Source: an uncultured virus (IMG/VR IMGVR_UViG_3300046007_001549) (lineage: Duplodnaviria; Heunggongvirae; Uroviricota; Caudoviricetes). From it: 64,000 bases of DNA. Below the pieces are notes generated by a model. That model worked only from the letters and a program-made list of their open reading frames with translations, ran no database searches and was not told the DNA's origin. This document shows, one piece after another, positions 47,912 to 57,523 of this stretch (the stretch's first letter is position 1; each line of letters starts with the position of its first letter). The stretch lies in IMG/VR virus record IMGVR_UViG_3300046007_001549; one strand, given 5' to 3'. The position numbers and the translations under genes are program-made.

Positions 47912-48227
47912 TCCAAAGATCGCTGGTGGTATGACATATGCCGAACAGCAAAAACTGATGGAAGAAGAGCGCGAGTTTCAGGCAACACAAGAGCGTGAGC
48001 GTAGAGCATCGTCTGAAGCTGCTGAGGCTCGTCGTATTAGCCGTGAAAAGGAAGAGCGCGCACAGATGAAACTCATGGAAGAGCAGGCCATTGTCGAATC
48101 AACCAAGGCGGAAGAGGAAGCAATGAAGGAAGCCGAAGCTCAGGCTCAGTCTGCATCGGATATGAGAACAACAGATCGCAAAGCTATTGATTTCTATTCA
48201 TCACTATACTCAGGCATAAGCCTTTAA
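47904..48227 (+). CDS. Small virion protein upstream of portal
   Basis: SD AAGGAGG; MGSPK start; charged helix. Confidence 0.65.
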   Translation: MGSPKIAGGMTYAEQQKLMEEEREFQATQERERRASSEAAEARRISREKEERAQMKLMEEQAIVESTKAEEEAMKEAEAQAQSASDMRTTDRKAIDFYSSLYSGISL

Positions 48228-48237
48228 GGAGTAACCT

Positions 48238-49812
48238 ATGGAATCACTAGCAGATCGTTTTAATCTGCTGCATGGACAGAGGCAATCTAAACTGACAATC
48301 GGACGGGCTTGTGCTTCATTGACAATCCCATCTCTTCTTCCCCCAGAAGGATGGACCGAAGACCAGCAACTGCCTCAGCCTCATTCATCAGTCGGTTCGC
48401 GTGGAACTACAGCATTGGCAAGTCGAATGCTGTCTGCTATGATTCCACTAAATGATACTCCCTTCTTTAAGTTTACCTTACGGAATGGTGCAGAACCCAC
48501 TACTGAAATTCAGCAGTATCTAGAAACAATGAGCTATCAGGTCTTTAGAAAACTGATGGCTACTAATTTAAGAGAAACAACTTATCAAGTTCTCCAATCA
48601 CTAATCGTTGTTGGAGATGCTTTGGTTCATGTTGAAGATGATTTTAAACTACGCACTTCTCGTCTGGATCATTATGTTATTCAGCGTACAGTAGAAGGTG
48701 ATGTACAAGAAATTATTACTGTAGAGTATGAGCTTAAAGATCCCACGGTTGCGAGTTATCCAGCTTCAGTTCCTGTTTCTGAAAAGGCAGGATATGAAAA
48801 GGTCTACTGTCAGTACATGTACGACAAAGACAACAAGCTATGGATGTACCGCAAGGAAGATTCTGATGGCGAAGTAATTGCAGAGGGACAGTACGAAGTA
48901 CTTCCTGTTGCGGTTGTTCGTTGGTATGGAATCCCCGGTGAGAACTATGGACGCTCTCACTGTGAAGATAACTTTGGTGATCTTCAGAGTTTAGATGCTT
49001 ATACTAAGTGCCTTATTGATGGCATGGCAGCTAGCACAGCTTTCTGGATGGGACTAGATCCAAGTGGTATTACTGAGATAGATGATATCTCAGATCAGCC
49101 AAATGGTTCTTGGGTTCCTGCCCGATCACAAGACATTGCTGTAATATCACCCAGTCAAACCATGAACCCACAGGTATCGTCAGCACAGGTAGCTGTGCAG
49201 ACAATGCGACAGGAGTTAGGTAATTCATTCCTAATGACAGGCGCATCTCTACCTACTGGAGATCGTGTTACAGCCACAGCAGTACGAATGATCGGATCAG
49301 AACTAGAAACAATTCTAGGTGGCGCATTCAGCGCCATTGCCAGAGATCTTATGTCTCCAATCCTACGAAGATTCGTCTTCCTTATGATTGAGAATGAAGA
49401 CTTAGACAAGAGAATGTATGAGCAGTTCTTTGACAAGGATGGCACTCTTAGTGTTGAGATTGTCACAGGATTGCAGGCATTGTCCCGTGATACTGATCTT
49501 CAGCGACTACTCCAGATGGGTGAAATGGTTCGCAACCTACCACCAGAAGCACAGGCTGCATTTAAATGGAGCGAATACGCTAAGGCTTTAGTAACTGCAT
49601 TAGGATTTGACTCACGCAATTGGGTTATCTCTGAGCAAGAAGCTATGGCTATGCAGCAACAGCAGCAGATGGCACAACAACAGCAAATGATGCAGCAGCA
49701 AATGATGCAACAGGCTGGCAATGTTGCTGGTCAAGCCGCTATGCAGGATGTGCAGCAAACAGGTGGGCAAGGTATTGCAGAAGTACTTGGCAACCTAGGA
49801 GTACAAGCATGA
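48238..49812 (+). CDS. Portal (head-tail connector, gp8-like)
   Basis: LTIPSL, LASRM, GENYGRS, RVTAT.VR..ELE..LGG.FS, VTGLQALSR, poly-Q tail. Confidence 0.97.
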   Translation: MESLADRFNLLHGQRQSKLTIGRACASLTIPSLLPPEGWTEDQQLPQPHSSVGSRGTTALASRMLSAMIPLNDTPFFKFTLRNGAEPTTEIQQYLETMSYQVFRKLMATNLRETTYQVLQSLIVVGDALVHVEDDFKLRTSRLDHYVIQRTVEGDVQEIITVEYELKDPTVASYPASVPVSEKAGYEKVYCQYMYDKDNKLWMYRKEDSDGEVIAEGQYEVLPVAVVRWYGIPGENYGRSHCEDNFGDLQSLDAYTKCLIDGMAASTAFWMGLDPSGITEIDDISDQPNGSWVPARSQDIAVISPSQTMNPQVSSAQVAVQTMRQELGNSFLMTGASLPTGDRVTATAVRMIGSELETILGGAFSAIARDLMSPILRRFVFLMIENEDLDKRMYEQFFDKDGTLSVEIVTGLQALSRDTDLQRLLQMGEMVRNLPPEAQAAFKWSEYAKALVTALGFDSRNWVISEQEAMAMQQQQQMAQQQQMMQQQMMQQAGNVAGQAAMQDVQQTGGQGIAEVLGNLGVQA

Positions 49813-50114
49813 AGAAGCGATTAGATAAAAGCAAGATGGCTTGTAATCGACCACAAAAGTCTCCCAAGGCTGGCAAAAAGAAAGTCGTTAAGGCTTGTGC
49901 CAATGGTCAGGAAAAGATTATTCATTACGGAGCAACTGGCTACGGTCACAACTATAGTGCTGCTGCTCGTAAGTCTTTCCGTGCAAGACATGGATGCGAT
50001 AAAGCCAAGAACAAACTAACCGCTAAGTATTGGGCTTGCAAGAATCTTTGGGCTGGTCCCGGTGGTTCAACTGCAAGCTGTCCCAAGGGACGCAAGTGCA
50101 AGAAAGGTAAGTAA
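49809..50114 (+). CDS. Basic conserved phage protein
   Basis: RKSFRARHGC..TAKYWAC..W motif; Lys-rich. Confidence 0.75.
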   Translation: MKKRLDKSKMACNRPQKSPKAGKKKVVKACANGQEKIIHYGATGYGHNYSAAARKSFRARHGCDKAKNKLTAKYWACKNLWAGPGGSTASCPKGRKCKKGK

Positions 50115-50245
50115 TGCCTTTTAAATCACAACAGCAACGCAAATATATGTTTGCTACCCATCCGAAGATGGCGAAGAAGTGGGCAGCTGAAACCCCAAAG
50201 GGTAAGAAGCTTCCCAAGTATGCCAAGAAAAAGAAAAAGAAGTAA
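50114..50245 (+). CDS. 43-aa basic peptide (not in track)
   Basis: MPFKSQQQRKYMFATHPKMAKKW..KKKKKK; TAATG coupling. Confidence 0.7.
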   Translation: MPFKSQQQRKYMFATHPKMAKKWAAETPKGKKLPKYAKKKKKK

Positions 50246-50340
50246 TGGCAAAGCAAACATTCAAATGTAACTGTGGCAAGACCACACGACTAACAGGTAA
50301 GGACGCTACTAAAGTAGTGAAACCCAAGAAAGGTAAATAA
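50245..50340 (+). CDS. 31-aa basic peptide (not in track)
   Basis: MAKQTFKCNCGKTTRL..KKGK; TAATG coupling. Confidence 0.55.
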   Translation: MAKQTFKCNCGKTTRLTGKDATKVVKPKKGK

Positions 50341-50343
50341 CAA

Positions 50344-51285
50344 ATGACAGATGAGACTCCAGAATTGGACATGCAGGAACAAGTCGAACAGACTGAGGCT
50401 GCGGTCAATGCGGAACAATCTCCAACTGCTAGTGAGCAGGATATTGTAACTGCGAGAGAACGAGCAGCCTTTGAGACTTATGTAAAATCTCAAGGTGTTG
50501 CTATTCCAGAAAACTTCAAGGATGTTGGATCATGGTTCGACTCACTTAAAAATGCACAGAAAGCATATACACAGTCGCGTCAAGAAATCGCGGATCTTAA
50601 AAAGAAGTATGAGAAGTCAGGCGACAATCCAAACTTCAAAGCTCCGACAGAAGATCCAAAGCCAGCAGCCAAAGAAGAAGAAGTAATCGCAGTCGATAAG
50701 CTGCAGATTCCTAAGCAACCAGAAAAGACAGAGCAAGCTCCCGTTGAGTACGCTGTTACTCAGGATGATTGGAAGTCTTGGACTGTTGAGTTTGCTACCA
50801 AGGGAGAACTGTCTGCTGAAACCAAGGAACAGATCAAGCAAAAGACAAAGCTTCCTGATTATGTAATTGATGATTATATGACAGGTCAGAAAGCAAAGCT
50901 TGAGGTTGCCTATAAAAAGGCAGCAGATCTAATTGGTGGTAATGACAAACTCAATAAGGTCTTTACTTGGGCTAGCAAGAATCTTTCTCAGACTGAGCAA
51001 GATGGAATTAACTCTGCACTAGCAACACCCAATTGGGAAATTGCTTTGTTAGGACTAACGACTAAATACGAAAAGGCTAATGGAACTACAACTAAGACTA
51101 ATGAGCCACCAGCAACAGGTAAGAAAGTTCCTGTATCTGCAACTCAGGTTCCAGCAACTGCTTATAAAACTAAGCGGGAATTCCAAGTCGAACGAAACAA
51201 CCCACGCTTTATGACAGATGCCAAATATAGGGCAGCTGTTGAGAAGCGTATGTTAATGACGGACTTCACAAAACTAACTCCTTGA
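50344..51285 (+). CDS. Capsid scaffolding protein (gp9-like)
   Basis: PENFK, GELS, IGG..WA..NLS, C-terminal NPRF..D..YRA.VE.R. Confidence 0.9.
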   Translation: MTDETPELDMQEQVEQTEAAVNAEQSPTASEQDIVTARERAAFETYVKSQGVAIPENFKDVGSWFDSLKNAQKAYTQSRQEIADLKKKYEKSGDNPNFKAPTEDPKPAAKEEEVIAVDKLQIPKQPEKTEQAPVEYAVTQDDWKSWTVEFATKGELSAETKEQIKQKTKLPDYVIDDYMTGQKAKLEVAYKKAADLIGGNDKLNKVFTWASKNLSQTEQDGINSALATPNWEIALLGLTTKYEKANGTTTKTNEPPATGKKVPVSATQVPATAYKTKREFQVERNNPRFMTDAKYRAAVEKRMLMTDFTKLTP

Positions 51286-51421
51286 GACAGGATTAGTTCT
51301 AATCTATTTTGTTATATGGATTAGCAAAACCCCCGGAAGGCAATGGTTGGCTTTCCATATAACAACTTAACTTAAAGACTCCAGAGGAATAATCTAATGG
51401 TTAAGCAATTTAATTGTCTCA
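51283..51421 (+). promoter_or_regulatory. Structured 5' leader of the capsid gene
   Basis: Closing helix TGAGACA/TGTCTCA enclosing stems, including 12-bp TTGTTATATGGA/TCCATATAACAA. Confidence 0.55.
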
Positions 51422-51454
51422 TTTTTAACTCATTCCTTTTTAGGAGAAAACACA

Positions 51455-52621
51455 ATGCCCGATAATTTAACAGCAGCTGATCTTGTAATGCGTACAGATG
51501 TAGCTGCAGCCACCACAGGTGGCGCTGCTGGAGCTAACAAGCTTTGGCTCCCACTTTGGTCTGGTGAAGTAATCAATGCTTACGATCACTACAATGTATT
51601 TGAGAATGTCATCACTGCCAAGACCCTCACCGGAGGTTTTTCTTGGGAATTCCCCGTCACCGGAACCATCGCTCTAAAGGCTGCATGGAACGCTGGTGAG
51701 GAACTCGTTGGTGGCGACTCCTCAAGCACCACCTTCAAGGTAAACCTTGACCCACGCCCAATGGCTGCTCACTTTGAGACTGACAATGTAGACCTACTCA
51801 TTACTCAGTGGGACTACCGCTCAGAGCTAGCTCGTCAGGCTGGTATGACTCTTGCTAACACCCGTGATACACAGGTTGCAGTATCCCTACTCGCTGCTTG
51901 CGCCGTAGGTCCACTCGCTTCTGATCCACGCGGTCTAACCAATGCTGAATTCCCACAGCCAGTTGAAGTTTCAACAGGCGCTCCAAGCGCGGCTGATGAT
52001 TCAGTTGGTCTAAAGATTCTCAAGGCCATTGAAGATTACTTTGTATTCATGCAGGAGAACAACTATCCAGCAGCTAGTGTCTACTGCGTAGTAACTCCAA
52101 AGGTATTCCAAGTTATCCGCGCTCTCGGTATTACCCGCGCTGGTGACACCAATGCCTTTGAGAAGGTTCCTCTGTTTGGTGGCGGTCAGGAGTACGGTGG
52201 TATCGGTGCTGCTCTCAGCATGGGCATGAACAGCCTCACTGATTCACTGGAGTACATGGGTTGCCGCATCATCAAGAGCAACCACCTACCAAAGACCAAC
52301 CTTGGCTCCGCTTCAATCGGTGCTTCCAAGTATAACCTCAACTGCTCTGCTATCAACCTACACGGTATGATCTTCCAGCCAGAAGCCGTTGCTGGTCTAT
52401 CACTTATGGGCATGAAGGTTGACACCGTACAGGATGTACGACGCAACACTCAGTTCACCGTTGCTAGCATGCAGAAGGGTACAGGCGTTCTCCGTCCAGA
52501 ACTATGTCAGGCACTAGTCGGCGCTGCCGCTGGTACTCTTGACGCTCGTTCTGAGCTACGCACTGCCCTCGGTGCTAACCTCACAAGCGGCTTCGCTGCA
52601 GAGTATGCAGTAACCGCGTAA
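51455..52621 (+). CDS. Major capsid protein (gp10-like)
   Basis: LWLPLWSGEV..AY, FPVTG, DYRSEL..QAG..LA...D, IIKSNHLP, GTGVLRPE. Confidence 0.97.
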   Translation: MPDNLTAADLVMRTDVAAATTGGAAGANKLWLPLWSGEVINAYDHYNVFENVITAKTLTGGFSWEFPVTGTIALKAAWNAGEELVGGDSSSTTFKVNLDPRPMAAHFETDNVDLLITQWDYRSELARQAGMTLANTRDTQVAVSLLAACAVGPLASDPRGLTNAEFPQPVEVSTGAPSAADDSVGLKILKAIEDYFVFMQENNYPAASVYCVVTPKVFQVIRALGITRAGDTNAFEKVPLFGGGQEYGGIGAALSMGMNSLTDSLEYMGCRIIKSNHLPKTNLGSASIGASKYNLNCSAINLHGMIFQPEAVAGLSLMGMKVDTVQDVRRNTQFTVASMQKGTGVLRPELCQALVGAAAGTLDARSELRTALGANLTSGFAAEYAVTA

Positions 52622-52696
52622 TAGAAACTACATCACCTTTGCAAGAAAGGAGGATAACATTGTTTATTCTTTCTTAAGGAGGTGATCCAATATCTA

Positions 52697-52733
52697 GCCC
52701 TCCGTCCCTTAAGTGGGACGGAGGGTTTTCTTT
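52697..52733 (+). terminator. T-phi-like terminator after the capsid gene
   Basis: GCCCTCCGTCCC-TTAAGT-GGGACGGAGGGT then TTTCTTT. Confidence 0.85.
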
Positions 52734-52749
52734 CTAAAAGGAGGCTACT

Positions 52750-53433
52750 ATGGGATTCATTACAAAACTACAAGCAGTTAATCAGATGCTGTTGGCCGCT
52801 GGTGAAAACCTAGTAGCTGACCTTGTTAATGACAGCGGTGTCGATACAGGCATTGCTGAAACACTGCTAGATCAAATCTCTCTTGACTTTCAAATGAGAG
52901 GGATGGCAAACAACAAGTACATTAGAGAAGTAATTCCTGATCCAATCTCACGCAAGATTTACCTACCTTATGGTAATGATGATGATGAGCAAGGAGTTAT
53001 TTCTGCTGAGTTGGTTTCACTACATTATAATGAGAAGGGGCAAATCATTGTTGCCCGTATCAATTATGAGGGTAATAAACCTATTCTTTGGAATATCACG
53101 GATGATACTGGTATTTGGTCAACCACACCAAAGTATTATCTTGAAATGATTATGAAACTTCCTTGGGAACTTCTGGATACACCAGCACAAAGAGCTATTC
53201 TTGCCACAGCAATGCGGCATTATCAGGCTATTACCCAAGGCGATCCTGCAACCGACCAGTTCCTAGCCCATCAAGAGGCTTTGTTTGGAGCTAAGGGTCG
53301 CGCTGCAGACATCAACGATAAGAAACGAAACATCTTTGAATCAGGAGACTCTGCCGTTAAAGCAGCAGTCAGAAGAAATCCATATATCAACGACCCTAAT
53401 AGGTTTAGATTCTGGAGAACAAGAGGTATCTAA
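52750..53433 (+). CDS. Tail tubular protein A (gp11-like)
   Basis: TKLQAVNQML.A.GE motif; position after capsid. Confidence 0.9.
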   Translation: MGFITKLQAVNQMLLAAGENLVADLVNDSGVDTGIAETLLDQISLDFQMRGMANNKYIREVIPDPISRKIYLPYGNDDDEQGVISAELVSLHYNEKGQIIVARINYEGNKPILWNITDDTGIWSTTPKYYLEMIMKLPWELLDTPAQRAILATAMRHYQAITQGDPATDQFLAHQEALFGAKGRAADINDKKRNIFESGDSAVKAAVRRNPYINDPNRFRFWRTRGI

Positions 53434-56400
53434 TGGCAATAAGAAGAACAAGCCCACGCGCTGGTCTGATAAACACCCGTTTACCAGTACCAACCATTAA
53501 TAGTGTTGGTCGTAACGCACCAAACAAGAGAGCTGCTTATGAAGCACAGAACCTTGACAATTGTTTTGTATCATTAGAGCGAAACTTTGAAAAGCGTCCC
53601 GGTTTTGAAGTTGTACCACAGTACACAATTCCCGACATTACCGATTGGGATTTTAACCAGCCTCAAACAAGAGTGGATTTGTTCCCATTAGATGGATTAG
53701 TTGCTCTTAACCACGATCTATGGTACTACTGGCACAACATTAACGAAGAGACTAGGTTCTTGATCGTCGTAGATTACTCTGCACGAACCAATGAACACAA
53801 TCTTTATTATGTATTTCAGTTACTTCCTAATGGAACATGGAAAGACCGAAGCCCCCAAGGTCAATCAGCTGATGCAATCAATGGAAGCTTTCCAGAAACC
53901 ACAGTTCCTGCTAAGACCAGAGCTTATCTAACCTTTGGATCTGATACTAGTGATCTAGGTACAGCAAAGACTGCTAAAGAATCCTTGCAAGCGGTATCAT
54001 TAGGAACAAACATTATCATTCTAAACAAGAATGTATATGCTGGTTTTTCTTCAGATGATGATGGCTTGTTATTTAATCTAGATGGCACTAAGGGAACCGA
54101 AGAAGATGTAGCTGGTAAGAAGGTTACTTATTATTCATCAGCTCAGGTTATTCCAATCTATGCTAGTGGTTCGGATTACAAGACTAAAGAAGACGATGTG
54201 TTCCTTGGTTATAAGCCAGCGACTACTGCTGTTGGTGGTAGTATTAAATCTACTACAGTTTTCTCTGAGTCACCTCTTGTTGTTGACTTTGAACTGCAGC
54301 CAAGCCCTTCTGAAGTTTCTGGAACCAATCCAATCTCTGCTATCTCTTCTACCTATAACGGATATAAGCTAGAGATTCCAGAGATTAATGCATCAGGAAC
54401 TGTTCAGCAATACTTTGGAGATACAAAGATTGCAAGAGTTTTATGGACAGGCCAACTTCCACAGGATAACGCAACTATTGTTACTGCTCCAACTAGAGTT
54501 GATGCTGTTACTTATGAACTAGTTCCAACAGTTCATACTTCTTATGAGTTTGAATTAGGAACTAATGCTTCTACTACAGCTAACTTTTACCGTAACCAAA
54601 CCATTGAAATAATGAATGGTTCTACTGTCGTTGGAACAGCTACAATCTATTCCTACAATAGTGTTACCAAAAAGATCAGAATTAAAAACTGGAGTGGTCC
54701 TAGTAATATTGTATCTGGAACTGCTTATCGTATTAAAATTGTTACTACAATAACTTTTATGGGCCGGACTTCTGTACAAACTACTTATTATCATGGTAAT
54801 ATTCCTGCTACTCTTACTTACATTAACCCAACAAACGATAAACCTTATAACCTAACTCCAGTTACTTACTCTGTAACTCTAGATTCAAGTGCTTCAAGCA
54901 CCAATGATTTCTATAAGAACTATCAGCTTGATGTGTTATTTGTAGCAACTCCCGGTTCTGGTTCTGTAATTAAATACACTGGTTCAACTAAGCAAGCTAT
55001 CGTTACTGATTGGACAGGAAGCGCCCCATTAAACGGTAATGCTGTTAACATATCAATTAAAAGCTATGCCTTCTCATTAAGTTCGACTGTCACAGCAAAG
55101 CATATTCCTGTTGAAGATTATAAATACTTCCAGAATTCTCTCGCTTATCTTGGACAAAGACTTAATGATGCAAGTGAAATCCGTCTTCCACCTGAAGTAG
55201 ATGATTGGTACAACACCAATAGTAACGGCAGTAACAGCGTGGCTGATGTTTCAGCACAGCGCATGCTTGAATTGCTATATGATCCTTTCCATCCCTATGG
55301 AAACTACAATGGAAAGAATCTCGTTGGTGGTCGTGGTAAAGTTTATTACTGTCAGAACCCCTTCCTAAACCTAACAAGTGGATACTATCGTGTGATTTCA
55401 TGGAGAGAAGACACACCAGCACAGTACTACAACTTTACTCTACCTCCCAAGATCACTGCTACTGGTGTAGAAGCTAATAAGATTATTCCATTTGGCAGAC
55501 CATATCTTCAAAAGATTCGTACTCCAGATAAGTGGTCATACATAGACCCCAATAGAATGCCTCAGAAGATTTCTCTACTGCTTGGCGCTAACTCTTTAGA
55601 GTGGTCTATCGGTCCTGTTCGCTGGACTCCACGGCAGTCTGGTACTAATGATACCAATCCCGGTCCTTCTGTATTCAGAACGACAGATCGAAAGCAAATC
55701 AAGCAGACTCCTCTTACTAGCATCTGTGTATTTAAAGACAGACTATGGTTTGCGGCTGATGATGTTGCATTCTCTTCTCAAATTGGTAAGTACGAGAGCT
55801 TCTTTATTGAAGACCCTGCCAACATTATTGCTACAGATCCTATTGATATCCGTGCTTCTTCAAATGCATTTGCTCAGATTACTCACATGACACCATTTGA
55901 AGACTATATCTTTATCAATACAAAAGCAAACATTCAGTTCCAGCTCACAGCTGGCTCTAAGGATGCCAACGATCTTGTGCTTACACCCTTCAATGTCATG
56001 TTGTCTCCAACAACTTACTATGCTGCGGTGTCCTTTGTTGATCCTCAGACCATTGGATCACAGCTTTACTTCTTTGACCGCCGAAAACTATATCTATTTA
56101 CAGGTAAGAACAACCTTGGATATAGTTCAGCAGTTGAGGTTTCAAGCCAAGCCCAAGACTATCTGCCTGAAAACTTTGGATTTGCCTGCACAGGGCCAGC
56201 TCAGAACACAATCTTTGTGACTGATGCTGATAATGAAAACATGATTTATATGTACACGGTTCGCTTTAGTGGTGAGCGTGTAATCCAAAGTTCATTCTAT
56301 CGCTATGTTCTGGATTCAGAGTCTCTAGTAAACAGCATGCAAGTTTACAGTAACTACTTGTATGTCATTATTGCTAGAAACAATAAGGTTGTTATTGAGC

Positions 56401-57509
56401 GCACTCTACTTCAGAATGAAAAGAATGATGTACCACGAATGGATCATATGTTTAAGATCAAACTTAACTCTGACATTGGTGGTGAAGAACTAAATGTAAC
56501 TTATTCAGATAGTTCTAACATTAGTTATGTTGCTTTGAATCCAACCACAAGCAAGGTTCACAGCGCACAGGTCGAAGTGGAGCGTATCTTTACCGCAGAT
56601 AGAGATGGCGATTCAACTATCATTACAGATTTCTTAAACGATCCTAATGTAAGCATTGCCGATAAAGCAGCTTTGTTTATCATTCCTAATGATCGTCTAT
56701 TCTTTAATGAACTAGCAAAAGAAATAACCAGCATTAATCTACCAGCTACTGGTGATGTGTATGACTTTGTTTACACTCCAATTGGTGGGCCAAATACTGG
56801 AATACAACAAACAATTAAAGTTCCCGGTCTAAGTAATGGTCAGTCCCTTACTTTACGCCGCTTGAATGAACCTAATGTAACTTACAATCCCGGTCTACAT
56901 GAAACAACCTTTAGACTACCAGCAGCAAACTATGGTGTTAACGACACCTTTAGGGTTGTTGTTGCTAAGCCTTGGGTAAACGACCCCAACTATCTTGCTC
57001 AAGAAGGACTACAGCCTGAAGATCTGGTCGGAACAGCGTTCCCTCCTCTTGTATCTATCAGTTCAGATGGTAACTATCTGAATGTAGTCGTGCTAGGCAA
57101 GTATGATTTTGATGACAACTATGTTTATATCGGCAATCCATTCACAATGACTGTCGAATTAAGCCCCTTGTTTGTCCGAGATCAAAATGGCGGTATTGTA
57201 GATGGTGTACTTAAGTTACGAACAGGTGTCTTCCGGCATTTCAACACAGGTAATTATGATATTGTAGTTACTCATAGAGGTCGAAACCCATTAGTTTCTT
57301 CCTTTACTGCCATTAGACCAGATTTCACCCTTGCTGAAGATAGCCTTCCACTAGAACCCTATGAAGGCCAAGGAGAATTTGTTGCCAAGGTTTTTGGTAA
57401 CTCAGATTCAACCAATATAAAGATTGTATCTGACTACATTACTCCTGTAAACATCTCAACAATGGAATTCAAAGGTACATTCAAACAGAAATACTCTACA
57501 ATTAATTAA
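53433..57509 (+). CDS. Tail tubular protein B/nozzle (gp12-like) with large insertions
   Basis: N-terminal N.....FEKRPG, FKDRLWF, DPID, W..R..G...TNP.PS, C-terminal EFKG.F; 1358 aa. Confidence 0.9.
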   Translation: MAIRRTSPRAGLINTRLPVPTINSVGRNAPNKRAAYEAQNLDNCFVSLERNFEKRPGFEVVPQYTIPDITDWDFNQPQTRVDLFPLDGLVALNHDLWYYWHNINEETRFLIVVDYSARTNEHNLYYVFQLLPNGTWKDRSPQGQSADAINGSFPETTVPAKTRAYLTFGSDTSDLGTAKTAKESLQAVSLGTNIIILNKNVYAGFSSDDDGLLFNLDGTKGTEEDVAGKKVTYYSSAQVIPIYASGSDYKTKEDDVFLGYKPATTAVGGSIKSTTVFSESPLVVDFELQPSPSEVSGTNPISAISSTYNGYKLEIPEINASGTVQQYFGDTKIARVLWTGQLPQDNATIVTAPTRVDAVTYELVPTVHTSYEFELGTNASTTANFYRNQTIEIMNGSTVVGTATIYSYNSVTKKIRIKNWSGPSNIVSGTAYRIKIVTTITFMGRTSVQTTYYHGNIPATLTYINPTNDKPYNLTPVTYSVTLDSSASSTNDFYKNYQLDVLFVATPGSGSVIKYTGSTKQAIVTDWTGSAPLNGNAVNISIKSYAFSLSSTVTAKHIPVEDYKYFQNSLAYLGQRLNDASEIRLPPEVDDWYNTNSNGSNSVADVSAQRMLELLYDPFHPYGNYNGKNLVGGRGKVYYCQNPFLNLTSGYYRVISWREDTPAQYYNFTLPPKITATGVEANKIIPFGRPYLQKIRTPDKWSYIDPNRMPQKISLLLGANSLEWSIGPVRWTPRQSGTNDTNPGPSVFRTTDRKQIKQTPLTSICVFKDRLWFAADDVAFSSQIGKYESFFIEDPANIIATDPIDIRASSNAFAQITHMTPFEDYIFINTKANIQFQLTAGSKDANDLVLTPFNVMLSPTTYYAAVSFVDPQTIGSQLYFFDRRKLYLFTGKNNLGYSSAVEVSSQAQDYLPENFGFACTGPAQNTIFVTDADNENMIYMYTVRFSGERVIQSSFYRYVLDSESLVNSMQVYSNYLYVIIARNNKVVIERTLLQNEKNDVPRMDHMFKIKLNSDIGGEELNVTYSDSSNISYVALNPTTSKVHSAQVEVERIFTADRDGDSTIITDFLNDPNVSIADKAALFIIPNDRLFFNELAKEITSINLPATGDVYDFVYTPIGGPNTGIQQTIKVPGLSNGQSLTLRRLNEPNVTYNPGLHETTFRLPAANYGVNDTFRVVVAKPWVNDPNYLAQEGLQPEDLVGTAFPPLVSISSDGNYLNVVVLGKYDFDDNYVYIGNPFTMTVELSPLFVRDQNGGIVDGVLKLRTGVFRHFNTGNYDIVVTHRGRNPLVSSFTAIRPDFTLAEDSLPLEPYEGQGEFVAKVFGNSDSTNIKIVSDYITPVNISTMEFKGTFKQKYSTIN

Positions 57510-57523
57510 TAAATGGAGACACC

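Noticed and set aside
52560..52625. T7 10A/10B-type capsid frameshift extension
   Set aside because: No slippery site recognised, tandem stop codons, and no extension ORF before the terminator
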